Assembly: GCA_965204535.1 (NCBI GenBank)
Contig: CBDBEV010000001.1
Location: 1,824,001-1,888,000, forward strand
Origin: a bacterium
Lineage (GTDB): Bacteria > UBA8248
DNA length: 64,000 nt
Reading direction: 5' to 3'
Part shown: positions 1 to 9,712 of the stretch, piece by piece
Numbering within the stretch: position 1 is the stretch's first letter
Layout of the letters: every line of letters begins with the position of its first letter
Notes under the pieces: model-generated
What the model was told of the DNA's origin: nothing
The model's database searches: none
Seen by the model: only the letters and a program-made list of their open reading frames with translations
Program-made: the position numbers and the translations under genes

Positions 1-322
1 TGAGGTTCTGGCGCTCGACGTAGCTGTTGGAAATATGCTCCGGTTCCGGCCTACCGGATATCACTAATTCTTGTACCCCCAATTATTGACCTCCTGGGCC
101 ATATATCCTCCTCAGCACCGCGTAATCGATCTTCTTCTCGAAAGCATCATCCACCGCTTCGAGATATGGCCTATGGCCGTCCGTGGCCAACTGGACACGA
201 TGTGCAAGCCTTGAAGCCACATCCTCCATGAGCTCCTCCGCGTAGCCTCTATCTCGGCTCCCGACCAGATACGATATGATCAGCTTCGAGTCCGCATCCA
301 GTGCCGCCCACGTCCATAGGTT
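1..322 (-). pseudogene. IS1-like DDE transposase remnant (N-terminally truncated, in-frame stop, runs off the window start)
   Basis: Manual minus-strand translation: LWTWAALDADSKLIISYLVGSRD...RVQLATDGHRPYLEAVDDAF...IDYAVLRRIYG..*..HISNSYVERQNL. These are typical IS1-like transposase motifs. In-frame TAA at 83-85; no start codon. Confidence 0.75.
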
Positions 323-339
323 GTGCCGTCAAGGTTACG

Positions 340-497
340 AGATCGCCATAGGTGAAATTGCCGAATCTCAAACACCCAACCAGATAATCGCCCGAAAGGG
401 CGGTAAGGCGAGAGCCGATAATCTTTCGCCCAAATCTCGAAAAGAGATAGCAAAAAACAGCGCGGCGGCGCGCTGGAGAGTTGCCTCTGTAGAGTAG
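340..497 (+). pseudogene. C-terminal part of a small basic 'KGGxARA..LS..R..IA..AA.ARW' protein of the kind found beside IS1/IS1595-like transposases
   Basis: ORF 276..497 ends IAIGEI...ARKGGKARADNLSPKSRKEIAKNSAAARW. Its N-terminal part is just antisense of the transposase remnant, which suggests a deletion junction. Confidence 0.5.
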
Positions 498-767
498 TTC
501 TCAACTGCATTCAGTTCCCTCTCGCTTACAGCAAAACAAGAGAACCGCGATATGTGCGAGCCCGTAAGGGCAGGCGAGAAGGACCATGAAAAATTTCAAA
601 GTCAACCACCTCCAAATTTTGGCAGTGATTGACTTTTGTTATTTTTATGCCAGAATGATTGTTACGAGGTAAAGCTATCCGCAGTCGTTTAGACCCATGC
701 AAAAATTTCGAGTTATCTACGCAAGTGCTGCTTAACGCGCCTGGAATCAAAACAGGGATGGATTTTG

Positions 768-1208
768 ATGATGACTGTCCGCGCTGTTGACGTGGCCGCT
801 TACATCCTGCGAAAGCAGGGCAAGATGCCGACCATGAAACTCCAGAAGCTGGTTTATTACGCCCAGGCTTGGTCTCTGGTCTGGGACGACAAATCCCTCT
901 TCCGCGATCGCATCGAGGCATGGGCGAACGGTCCGGTCATTCGAAATCTCTACAAGGCGCACCGGGGACAATACCTCTTGTCAAATATTCCTGGCGGCGA
1001 CCCGGAAAAATTGGATGCCGTGCAGCGTGAAACCGTCGATGCCGTTCTCGAATTTTATGGAGACAAGACATCTCATTGGTTAAGTGCGCTAACCCATATG
1101 GAGGCCCCCTGGCGGGATGCCCGGGAAGAAGCAGGGCTTCTCAGCGGACAACGCGGAAAGGCGCGTATTTCAAACGCATCGATGGCTGAATACTACTCCA
1201 GCCTCTAA
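768..1208 (+). CDS. Panacea-domain (DUF4065/SocA/GepA-like) antitoxin
   Basis: Motifs MKLQKLVYYAQAW, IEAWANGPV, LSALTHMEAPW. Confidence 0.85.
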   Translation: MMTVRAVDVAAYILRKQGKMPTMKLQKLVYYAQAWSLVWDDKSLFRDRIEAWANGPVIRNLYKAHRGQYLLSNIPGGDPEKLDAVQRETVDAVLEFYGDKTSHWLSALTHMEAPWRDAREEAGLLSGQRGKARISNASMAEYYSSL

Positions 1209-1214
1209 ATTCCG

Positions 1215-1658
1215 TTGGCCAGGAAATCAAGTCAAAAGAAATCAAAACTCGCTCAAGAACCTCAACCAAAAAAACAGTCAAAAGCGCAGCAAACTACCGT
1301 CCACGGTGCTCCTCTCACCTGGAGATTCAGCGAAAGCGACCGTGGCGGCGATTGGGCGTGGACGAATCTGTCAGACCCAAACCTTTACAAGAACGTGATG
1401 GAAAAACTACAGGAATTCGAAAACAAAAACTGGAGCCAAATCATACAAAGCGGGAGTCACCCGATCCAGATTGCTAATATCGTGAAACCTGCGCGGGATC
1501 GCCTCGAAAAGATCCACAAAGATGATACCGATGAACTCATGTCCTTTCGGCTGACCGGCAAAAATCGAGTCTGGTGTGTACAGGAAGCGAACATCATGAA
1601 GATTCTATGGTGGGATCCGAATCATGAAATCTGCCCATCCACCCAAAGACACACCTAA
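1215..1658 (+). CDS. Putative toxin partner of the Panacea antitoxin (RelE-like / MAG6450-like mRNase candidate)
   Basis: Starts 6 nt after the antitoxin stop. C-terminal ELMSFRLTGKNRVWC...KILWWDPNHEI pattern and basic N-terminus. Confidence 0.6.
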   Translation: MARKSSQKKSKLAQEPQPKKQSKAQQTTVHGAPLTWRFSESDRGGDWAWTNLSDPNLYKNVMEKLQEFENKNWSQIIQSGSHPIQIANIVKPARDRLEKIHKDDTDELMSFRLTGKNRVWCVQEANIMKILWWDPNHEICPSTQRHT

Positions 1659-1732
1659 GAAACCGACTCTGGATTGAAAATGACCAAAATATGATTCCCC
1701 CCCATACGCTTTTTTACTTAAGCAAATCCCCC

Positions 1733-2416
1733 CTACCCCAGCTTCTCACCAAAAAACGCGAGCGTCTTCTCCCAGGAATCCTCGCTCTGCTCGGCGCGGA
1801 AGCGCTCGGGGTTGTCCTCCCACTGAAAGGCGTGGCCCGCGCCGTCGTAGCGGAGGAAGACGTATTCGGCGCCCGCGCTCTTGAGCGCCGCCTCGTAATC
1901 GTCCACGTCTTCGGGCGAGGGGTTCTGATCGTCATTCCCGAAAATTCCGATGACCGGACACGCGATGTCGCCGGTCAGCTCGATGGCGGGCGGGTTTCCC
2001 GCGCCGCGCACCTCCTTCACGCCGCCTCCGTAGAAGACCGCGCAGGCGGCGTAGCGCGAATCCGTGCATGCGCCCAGCCAGCTCACGCGCCCGCCCCAGC
2101 AGTGGCCGACGACCCCGATCCGGCCCGCGTCCACGCTATCGAGCGCCGTCTGCGCGTCGTTGAACTCATCGCGCTTTATCTGCATATCGTCTTCCTTCGA
2201 CCACCAGTGGTAGAGAAACGGAACCGAAACCGCGTAGCCGTTCTCCCGGTAACGCTCCGCTGCTTTGAGCGTGAAGGGATCGCCCTCGATTCCCCCGTGC
2301 CCCGGTATGTGCTGGCAGAGCACCAGCCCCGGATGGGGGCCTGCGCCTTCGGGTTCATACAGGAAAATCTCCATCTCGCTGCCCTGGACCTGCGTCGTCT
2401 CGATTCGGTACGTCAT
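1733..2416 (-). CDS. Dienelactone hydrolase family protein
   Basis: GHCWGG nucleophile motif, YDGAGHAF His motif, RBS AGAGG upstream of ATG at 2416. Confidence 0.85.
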   Translation of the reverse strand: MTYRIETTQVQGSEMEIFLYEPEGAGPHPGLVLCQHIPGHGGIEGDPFTLKAAERYRENGYAVSVPFLYHWWSKEDDMQIKRDEFNDAQTALDSVDAGRIGVVGHCWGGRVSWLGACTDSRYAACAVFYGGGVKEVRGAGNPPAIELTGDIACPVIGIFGNDDQNPSPEDVDDYEAALKSAGAEYVFLRYDGAGHAFQWEDNPERFRAEQSEDSWEKTLAFFGEKLG

Positions 2417-2568
2417 TTGTATTCCTCTTTTTGGATAAAGGAGTGAAGCCACGTGGCCCCCTCACGAAATACGACGAATTATGGGAATTATATACTTTAG
2501 TTGACGACTTCCTTTTGCCTGCCCGGGTTTTTCTCACGCCTCCCTTGATTGTTATTTCCGGTCGACAA

Positions 2569-2762
2569 GGGGCTGTTGAAAAACCCAGAAAGGGAAAATT
2601 TGTTTGTGTATGTCGGACATATATGTCCGACATACATGCGACCCACCCTGGTTTTTTTCGCTCACCGCAAGGGCCGCATATATGCGGCCCCTACACTCCC
2701 TTCGGCAAGGCGGTATCCCATTACCACCATTCCGACATTGCGGGGGCTTTTTCAACAGCCCC
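2569..2762. mobile_element. MITE-like element A with 15-bp TIRs and 5-bp target-site duplication
   Basis: GGGGCTGTTGAAAAA (2569-2583) and TTTTTCAACAGCCCC (2748-2762) are a perfect inverted pair, flanked by GACAA on both sides (2564-2568, 2763-2767). Inside are a perfect 30-bp palindrome (2607-2636) and a REP (2671-2694). Confidence 0.75.
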
Positions 2763-2783
2763 GACAAGCGAGGGAATACGCCC

Positions 2784-2868
2784 GTAGGGACAGGCCTCCG
2801 TGCCTGTCCGACACCTGAAAAGGGCAACCACGGAGGGCAGGACAACCCCGAGGAGGGGTTGTCCCTAC
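2784..2868. repeat. GTAG-type REP doublet (REPIN-like)
   Basis: GTAGGGACAGGCCTCCGTGCCTGTCC ... GGACAACCCCGAGGAGGGGTTGTCCCTAC. Confidence 0.7.
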
Positions 2869-2885
2869 TGATGAAAAACTGCGCC

Positions 2886-3848
2886 TCAAGCGTCCTCGAA
2901 TACGAGGTTCTCAGGGTTTCCCCGCAGATAAGCCTCCACGTTGTCCACCGCTATGCGCGCCTCGCGCTCCACGGCGCCTTCGGTGTGCGCGGCGACGTGG
3001 GGGGTGAGGATGACGTTGTCGAGCGAACGATAAGGCGAATCCCCCGGCAGGGGCTCTTCGGGCTCGAACACGTCGAGACCCGCGCCTGCGATCCTCTTTT
3101 CCCGTAGCGCTTCGAGCAGGGCGTCCATGTCCACGAGCGCCGCGCGCGAGGTGTTTATCAAAAACGCCGTGGGCTTCATCCCCGCGATGCGCTCGCGGGA
3201 GATGACCCCCCTCGTCTCGGGCGTCACGTGAAGGTGAATCGTCACGAAATCGCAGCGCATGCAATCATCGAGCGCCGCCGCGTGTGCTCCTTCTTTCGCG
3301 GCGCGCTCGGGCGTCATGTGCTTCGACCACGCGAGCACCTCCATCCCGAAGCCCCGCGCCATGGGGACAACCTTGCTCCCGATGTGCCCGAAGCCGATCA
3401 CGGAGAGCGTCTTGCCGAGAAGCTCCACGCCCCGGACGGGCTCCCACACCCCCGCCCGCATGGCGGGTCTTTGATAGGGGAGCTGCTTCGCCAGGGCCAG
3501 GACCATCATCATCGTGTGCTCGGCCACCGAGGGACTCCCGGCTCCCGGCGTCACGGAAACAGATACGCCCTGCTCCCGCGCGCGCTTCATGTCCACCGCA
3601 CGGGGGCGCGTGCCCCACACGGAAATGAAGCGCAGCTTAGGGGCGGCATCGAGCAATGCAGTGTTCTTGAAGTCCGTCTGGTAGCGCACGGTGAGGATGA
3701 CCTCCGCATCGGCGATGCGCTCCGCCATCTCCTCCTCACTCGCAGGCCGCTCGGTGAAATGGGCCACTTCTCCTAGGCCCTCTAAGCGCGGGAGATGGGA
3801 CGAATCCGTGAAGTTGCCCTCGTAGTCATCCGGAATCACGATTTTCAT
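2886..3848 (-). CDS. D-isomer-specific 2-hydroxyacid dehydrogenase family protein
   Basis: GFGHIG, LINTSRA, AGLDVFEPEEP and LTPHVA motifs; MKIVIPDDY start. Confidence 0.9.
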   Translation of the reverse strand: MKIVIPDDYEGNFTDSSHLPRLEGLGEVAHFTERPASEEEMAERIADAEVILTVRYQTDFKNTALLDAAPKLRFISVWGTRPRAVDMKRAREQGVSVSVTPGAGSPSVAEHTMMMVLALAKQLPYQRPAMRAGVWEPVRGVELLGKTLSVIGFGHIGSKVVPMARGFGMEVLAWSKHMTPERAAKEGAHAAALDDCMRCDFVTIHLHVTPETRGVISRERIAGMKPTAFLINTSRAALVDMDALLEALREKRIAGAGLDVFEPEEPLPGDSPYRSLDNVILTPHVAAHTEGAVEREARIAVDNVEAYLRGNPENLVFEDA

Positions 3849-4013
3849 GCGCACACGCTCCGCTCGCCTGAGTCCGCAAAGCCTCCTTACCGGGTTTCTC
3901 CCCTCACGGTATACCCCAATATGATTGACAGAACATATCGTCTCAAGTAGTCCTATGGGATCGGGCAAATCACTATCGACGTGTCTCGCTTCCAGAAGGA
4001 TGCCATCTCCGCC

Positions 4014-5192
4014 ATGATGCCGGACCTGACTTCTGAAGAATCAGAGATGGTGGGCCGCGCGCGCACGATCGCGCGTGAGGACATCCTCCCCATCGCCGCG
4101 GCGCGGGACAGGAACTACGCGCCGGGCGAGGCCTATCCCTGGCATATTGCCGATAAGCTCGACGCCGCAGGACTCAGAACGCTCACCGTGCCCGAGAAGT
4201 TCGGCGGCTTCGGCGCGCGCCATCTCGTGCAGGCCATGGTGGCCGAGGAGATCGCCTACGGCGATCTGGGCGTCGCCGTCTCGGTGGATCAGACCTACAA
4301 GTTCACCCAACTGCTCACGAACGAGACCACGCAGACCCAGCGCGATCTGTATCTCGAAGACTTCATGAACGACCCGAGAGCTTTGCTCGCCCTCGCCACC
4401 ACGGAACCCCAGAGCGGAACCGACACCTTCTTGATGCACGACGAACCGGGCGCCGGCCCGCGCATGACGGCGAAGCGGGAGGGCGATTTCTATATCTTAA
4501 ACGGCACCAAGCACTACATATCGAACGGCGGCCTGGCGAAGTATTACTTCATCTTCGCGCGCACCGCGCCGGACAAGAAGATGAGCGAGGGACTCACCTG
4601 TTTCCTCGTGCCGCGCGACACCGAGGGTTTCGAGATCGGAGAAGCCCACTCGAAGCTTGGCAGGCGTCTTCTTCAAAACGGCGAACTCGTCCTCAGAAAC
4701 TGCCGCGTGCCCGCGCACAACCTCTTCGGCGAATGGAACGGGGGCCTCTCTATCCTGAAACGCATGGTGAGCGGCGCGCTCATCCCGGTGATGGGCCCCT
4801 CGCGCCTGGCCTACGATCTCGCGCGGACGGCGGCGCAGGAAAACGGGGCGGTGAACGAGCAATGGGCGCAGATGGCGCTCACGGAAATGTATATGCTGAT
4901 TGAGGCGGCGCGAACCTACCTGTATTCTGCGGCGTGGCATGCGGAAAAGCCGACGGACGATTCGAAGCGTCGCCTGATGTCCAAAGTGTTCGCTTCTGAA
5001 GCCGGCATCAAGGTCTGCCGCACCGCGATGGAGATCTGGGGGAGGACGGGCGCGACCTATCACGACGACAGGCCGACGCCCGAGAAATGCTGGCGCGACG
5101 TGCTGAGCTACCTGCACGGCTTCGGCACCAACGAGGCGGTGAAGCTCAAGGCCGCGCCGCTGCTCGCTCCCGCCGGCGTGGATGAATGGTAA
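4014..5192 (+). CDS. Acyl-CoA dehydrogenase family flavoprotein
   Basis: ATTEPQSGTD, LNGTKHYISNGG, KLGRR, AMEIWG motifs. Confidence 0.85.
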   Translation: MMPDLTSEESEMVGRARTIAREDILPIAAARDRNYAPGEAYPWHIADKLDAAGLRTLTVPEKFGGFGARHLVQAMVAEEIAYGDLGVAVSVDQTYKFTQLLTNETTQTQRDLYLEDFMNDPRALLALATTEPQSGTDTFLMHDEPGAGPRMTAKREGDFYILNGTKHYISNGGLAKYYFIFARTAPDKKMSEGLTCFLVPRDTEGFEIGEAHSKLGRRLLQNGELVLRNCRVPAHNLFGEWNGGLSILKRMVSGALIPVMGPSRLAYDLARTAAQENGAVNEQWAQMALTEMYMLIEAARTYLYSAAWHAEKPTDDSKRRLMSKVFASEAGIKVCRTAMEIWGRTGATYHDDRPTPEKCWRDVLSYLHGFGTNEAVKLKAAPLLAPAGVDEW

Positions 5193-5244
5193 ACTGAAAC
5201 CTACGACATCTTTGTCTTCACCCGAGAAGGAAAAGGAGAATTCA

Positions 5245-6213
5245 ATGCCCGCATACAAGAAATCGGACGCACGCGCCTACTGCAAGGAGAACATGCAGGG
5301 AATCTGGGCCGCCATCCCCTACCCCTTCGATGAGAACGACAACATCGACGAGGCGGGCCTGCGCGCCGACATCCGCCACTACATCGACGACCTCGACATC
5401 AAGGGGTTTTTCGTCGGCGGACTGATCGGCGAGTTCTGGTGCCTCACCAAAGAAGAACGACTGAGGGGCCAGGCGATCGCCTGCGACGAGGCGGGAGACG
5501 TGCCCATCATCGCGCACACCGGCCACACCTCGGCGAAAGAAGCCATCGAGCTGACCAATGCGGCGATTGAGGCGGGCGCGACCTATGCGATTCTCGCGAA
5601 CCCCTACCTCGGCGCGCAGGGCATTCCCGAGCGCGTCCGCGCGTACTTCCGGGAGTTCTGCAGCAACGTGGAAATCGGCGTGTCCCTGTTCAACACGGCG
5701 GCGACGGGCTATTCCCTCACGCCGGCCCTCGTCCGCCAGATCGTCGACGACAACGAGAACATCTGCTGCATCAAGAACGCGCAGCCCAAACCGCATTGCG
5801 ACGGTGTGCGCGAAGCCGTGGGTGAGGACATCGTCGTGAGCGACCCGATGGAGACCCAGTGGTTCTTCAGCCGGGCCTATCACAAGCAGCAGACCTTCAT
5901 GAGCGGCCCCGACCCGTTCCTCATGCAGCGCACCGGCAACCTGGGCATGCAGAGATACACCGACCTGATCGACGAGGGGAACCTCGAGGAGGCCTGGACC
6001 GCGCGCGAGTCCATGAACCCGATGCGCCGCGTGGCCGACAAGTGGCTGTGGGAGCCCTGGACGCGGGGGGCGTTCCCCATCGCCGCGCTCAAGAACTGGA
6101 TGGACCTGATGGGCATGCACGGCGGCCCCACGCGCGCGCCGATGATCCCCCTGAGTACGGACGAGAAAGCGGAACTGACCTCGGACTTGAAAAGCGTGGG
6201 CCTCATCGACTAG
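5245..6213 (+). CDS. DHDPS/NAL-superfamily aldolase or hydratase-aldolase
   Basis: GLIGEFWCLTKEER, IIAHTG, Schiff-base Lys in CCIKN; RBS AAGGAG before ATG at 5245. Confidence 0.8.
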   Translation: MPAYKKSDARAYCKENMQGIWAAIPYPFDENDNIDEAGLRADIRHYIDDLDIKGFFVGGLIGEFWCLTKEERLRGQAIACDEAGDVPIIAHTGHTSAKEAIELTNAAIEAGATYAILANPYLGAQGIPERVRAYFREFCSNVEIGVSLFNTAATGYSLTPALVRQIVDDNENICCIKNAQPKPHCDGVREAVGEDIVVSDPMETQWFFSRAYHKQQTFMSGPDPFLMQRTGNLGMQRYTDLIDEGNLEEAWTARESMNPMRRVADKWLWEPWTRGAFPIAALKNWMDLMGMHGGPTRAPMIPLSTDEKAELTSDLKSVGLID

Positions 6214-6249
6214 CCGGGGCGCTTTCCCGCGTTCATAAGGGTTCGACGC

Positions 6250-7389
6250 ATGGATTTCGCTCCCGCAGAGGCCGCTCTCGCGCTTCAGGGTCTGGCGCGC
6301 GATTTCGCGCGGCAGGAGGTCGCTCCGCACACCGACGCGCTCGATGAGGAAAAAAACCCGGAAAACCGCTTTCCCGCGGACATTCTGGAAAAAGGCGCCG
6401 CCTTGGGTCTGCGCACCCTCCCCATACCGGAAGCCCGGGGCGGAGGAGGCGCGGACCTGTTGAGTCTCTGCTTCGTGGCGGAGGAGATCGGCTGGGGGGA
6501 TTTGGGCGTCGGCGTCATCTACGCGCAGGATTGGGCGCTCATAAACGCCGTATCCCGCCTGTGGGGCGAGGCGGGCTTCGCGGCGAATTTCACGCAAGAT
6601 CACCCGCTCCATCTGGCTCACCTGAAAATCGGTGAAACGGCTGCGACCGAGGATAAAAGCCCGTATCCGTCCGATGCGCGCCAGGGCGCATCCATCGAAA
6701 AAAACGGCGAGGACTTACGTCTTAACGGCGGTGCAGGGCATGTGCTGAACGGCGCGGCGGCCGGGCTGTATCTGCTGGAATCAAGTCCCGCGGATGAGAC
6801 TGGCAGGCAAGTTTGTCTCGTTAAAAACGACGAGACCGCAGGAATCACGGTCACCGGTTACCATGATTCGATGGGGATGCGCTCCTGCCAGGACGTCGAC
6901 CTGCGCTTCGAAGACGTGAAGCTCGGCCATCCGCTCGATTGCGCGGAAGGGAAGTGGAGGAACGCTACGCACGCCGTCCGCATCCTCCCGGCGGCGGCGG
7001 CGGTCGGAACGTCGAGAAAATCGCATGAGCACGCGCTCGACCACGCTCGCGAGCGCGTACAGGGGGGAAAACCCATCATCGAGCACCAGACGGTGGGCTA
7101 CATGCTTTGTGATAACCTGATGGAACTCGACGCCGCCAGAAGAAGCCTGCAGGCGGCGGCCTGGGCGGCGGAACGAGGCGGGGACGCGGAACCCTGGCGG
7201 AGTTTTCTCGCAAAAGCCTTCGCGGCGGAATCTTGCGAGCGCGTCGCGCGGCGTTCGATGGAGGTCTGGGGCGGCGCGGGCTACATGACCGAAGCGCCGA
7301 TGGAGCGTCTGACGCGCGACCTCGTGGCTTTCTCCCACGGGTTCGGCGTGGGCCACGCCGCGCGCTCCGCCGCGATGGGCCTGCTATAG
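6250..7389 (+). CDS. Acyl-CoA dehydrogenase family protein (divergent)
   Basis: EEIGWGD, RVQGGKPIIEHQ and EVWGGAGYMTEAPMERLTRD motifs; middle domain is degenerate. Confidence 0.8.
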   Translation: MDFAPAEAALALQGLARDFARQEVAPHTDALDEEKNPENRFPADILEKGAALGLRTLPIPEARGGGGADLLSLCFVAEEIGWGDLGVGVIYAQDWALINAVSRLWGEAGFAANFTQDHPLHLAHLKIGETAATEDKSPYPSDARQGASIEKNGEDLRLNGGAGHVLNGAAAGLYLLESSPADETGRQVCLVKNDETAGITVTGYHDSMGMRSCQDVDLRFEDVKLGHPLDCAEGKWRNATHAVRILPAAAAVGTSRKSHEHALDHARERVQGGKPIIEHQTVGYMLCDNLMELDAARRSLQAAAWAAERGGDAEPWRSFLAKAFAAESCERVARRSMEVWGGAGYMTEAPMERLTRDLVAFSHGFGVGHAARSAAMGLL

Positions 7390-7396
7390 ATGACTC

Positions 7397-8335
7397 GTGG
7401 ACAAAACGATGGAGGGTGTGGAATTGAGTGAGAGAATCGCATACGTCAAGGGCCGGTTCGTGCCGGAATCAGAAGCGACCGTGTCCATTCTGGACCGGGG
7501 CTTCCTCTACGGCGACGGCGTGTACGACGCATCGCGCACCTTCGGCGGCCAGCCCTGGCATCTGAGGGCGCACATCGACAGGCTCTATCTGTCTTGCCGC
7601 TACGCGCGGCTCGACCCCGGCATGAACACGGACGAGATGGAAGCCCTCACGATGGAGCTCATCGAGCGGAACCGGGGCGTATACGCCGAGGGGGAGGAGT
7701 TCCGCATCAACCACTGGGTGACGCGCGGCGGCGGCGTCAGTTCCGCCGCGACCCATACGCACGGGGCGCACACGGTGGTCATCTTCACCCTGCCGATGGA
7801 CTATACGCGCTACGCCCACGGCTACAGGGAGGGCGTGCCTTCGGTCGTCACCGGCGTGCGCCGCATTCCGCCCGAGTGCATCGAACCGCGCGCCAAGGTG
7901 GGCAACAAGATGAACCACGTGCAGGCCGATTTCCAGGCCGCCGAGGCGGGCGCGTGGCCCATCATGCTCGACACGAGCGGCTTCGTGGCCGAAGGGTCGA
8001 GCTACAACTGCTTTTTCGTGAGAGACGGCGAAATCCTGACGCCCACGGATTACAACTGCCTGGTCGGCGTTACGCGCACCCACGTCATCGACATGGCGAA
8101 AGAACTCGGCATCCCGGTCCGCGAAACCAACCTGACGCGCTACGACCTGCTGATCGCAGACGAGGCCTTCCACACCGGAAACAGCATCTGCATCCTCCCG
8201 GTATCTTCCATCGACGGAACCAAGATGACGCACGGCGCGCCCGGCCCCGTCACCAAGCGCCTCATGGACCTGTGGGCGAGCCAGGTGGGCTGCGACTGGG
8301 CGGCAAAATCCCTCGCCGCTATCGAAGGCTGTTGA
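7397..8335 (+). CDS. Class IV (BCAT / D-amino-acid type) PLP aminotransferase
   Basis: DRGFLYGDGVYD, HIDRLYLS, RAKVGN, EGSSYN, LVGVTR. The true start may be 7409 or 7424. Confidence 0.9.
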   Translation: MDKTMEGVELSERIAYVKGRFVPESEATVSILDRGFLYGDGVYDASRTFGGQPWHLRAHIDRLYLSCRYARLDPGMNTDEMEALTMELIERNRGVYAEGEEFRINHWVTRGGGVSSAATHTHGAHTVVIFTLPMDYTRYAHGYREGVPSVVTGVRRIPPECIEPRAKVGNKMNHVQADFQAAEAGAWPIMLDTSGFVAEGSSYNCFFVRDGEILTPTDYNCLVGVTRTHVIDMAKELGIPVRETNLTRYDLLIADEAFHTGNSICILPVSSIDGTKMTHGAPGPVTKRLMDLWASQVGCDWAAKSLAAIEGC

Positions 8336-8397
8336 AACACCCTGATTCGCGAGAATTTTACTCGTCCAGTGAAAGAGCGATTGCGGGTTTCGTTATC

Positions 8398-8503
8398 GTA
8401 GGGGCGGGCCCCCGTGCCCGCCCGATGCGATGTCTCCGCTTGAAATCGTGGTGATGGATTCGGTGATTGTCCAAGACGGACAGGCACGGGGGCCTGTCCC
8501 TAC
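8398..8503. repeat. GTAG-type REP doublet (REPIN-like)
   Basis: GTAGGGGCGGGCCCCCGTGCCCGCCC ... GGACAGGCACGGGGGCCTGTCCCTAC in inverted orientation. Confidence 0.7.
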
Positions 8504-8647
8504 GCATTCGGTGATTGCGTTTTTCGTTCGTCATTCCGGCCCCTTCCTATAGTCATTTGCCGACATTCCCGCTATATTGCTCACCATCAATCACAAATGT
8601 TCGCGTTTCCGCATCGCGTGCGGAGATTCTCCCGGGAGGAAACTCTC

Positions 8648-9682
8648 ATGAAGGCCATGGTGCTGAGGGAAAAAGGAGCGCCCTTTTCCTTTGAAGACGT
8701 GCCCGACCCCGCCCCCGGAGAGGGCGAAGCCGTAGCCCGCGTCATCGCCTGCGGCTCGGGCCTCACGATCCACCATGCGCGCGCGGGCCGCGCGGAGATC
8801 GACTACCCCATGATCATCGGCCACGAGGTGGTGGGCGAGATCGTCGAGACGGGCGCCGGGGTATCGAACGTGAAGGCGGGCGACATCGTCACTTTCCACT
8901 GCTATCTCACGTGCGGTCACTGCCGCTGGTGCCGGGTGAACAGGGAACCCATTTGCGACAACATGGCCGGCTTCATCGGCAGGCACCGAGACGGCGGCTA
9001 TGCCGAATACATCAACCTCCCCGCACAGAATTACGTCCACGTGCCGGAAAGTCTGGACTACAAGGCGCATCCCGCCGAGGTGGCCGTCATCTGCGACGCC
9101 ATCGTCACCCCTTATAAAGTGGTGCGCCACGCGCGGATCGAGCCGATGGAGACCGTCGCCGTCATCGGGGCGGGCGGGGGCGTGGGGATCCACATGGTGA
9201 TGCTCGCCCGCTGGGCGAACGCGCGCGTCATCGCCGTGGACATTTCCGAGCAAAAACTGGCCCAGTGCAAGGAACTCGGGGCGGAGGCCACCGTCGACGC
9301 CTCGAAGGACGACGTGACGGAGGCGCTGCTCGAACTCACGGGCGGCCTGGGCGTGAACGTGGCGATTGATTTCGTCTCCCAGGACACCACGCTCGAAGCC
9401 GCCGCCGAAGCGCTCGACAAGGGCGGCCGCCTGGTGACGCTGGGCGGCTTCACGCCCAAGCCGTTTCGCCTCTCCGCCGGGAGCCTCCTGAACGGGGAGC
9501 TGGAAGTCATGGGCAGCCGCTCGTTCACCAAGCAGGAGATCATCGAATCTCTCGAGCTTTGCGCGCGCGGAGAGGTCTGGCCCCTGGTCACGGAAACCTA
9601 CCGGCTCGAAGAGGCCGAAAAAGTGCACGAGCGCCTGGAGGCGGGCGCGATTACGGGCCGCGCGGCGATCGTGATGGACTGA
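8648..9682 (+). CDS. Zinc-binding (MDR) alcohol dehydrogenase family protein
   Basis: GHE motif, structural Zn site CGHCRWC-x7-C, GAGGGVG nucleotide-binding loop. Confidence 0.9.
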   Translation: MKAMVLREKGAPFSFEDVPDPAPGEGEAVARVIACGSGLTIHHARAGRAEIDYPMIIGHEVVGEIVETGAGVSNVKAGDIVTFHCYLTCGHCRWCRVNREPICDNMAGFIGRHRDGGYAEYINLPAQNYVHVPESLDYKAHPAEVAVICDAIVTPYKVVRHARIEPMETVAVIGAGGGVGIHMVMLARWANARVIAVDISEQKLAQCKELGAEATVDASKDDVTEALLELTGGLGVNVAIDFVSQDTTLEAAAEALDKGGRLVTLGGFTPKPFRLSAGSLLNGELEVMGSRSFTKQEIIESLELCARGEVWPLVTETYRLEEAEKVHERLEAGAITGRAAIVMD

Positions 9683-9712
9683 GCGAATTTTCTCCTAACC
9701 TAAAGGCGAGCG

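Noticed and set aside
8327-8335. Aminotransferase ending G-C-TGA as a possible C-terminal Cys-Sec motif
   Set aside because: The family has no redox tail, the protein is already full length, and no convincing SECIS follows.
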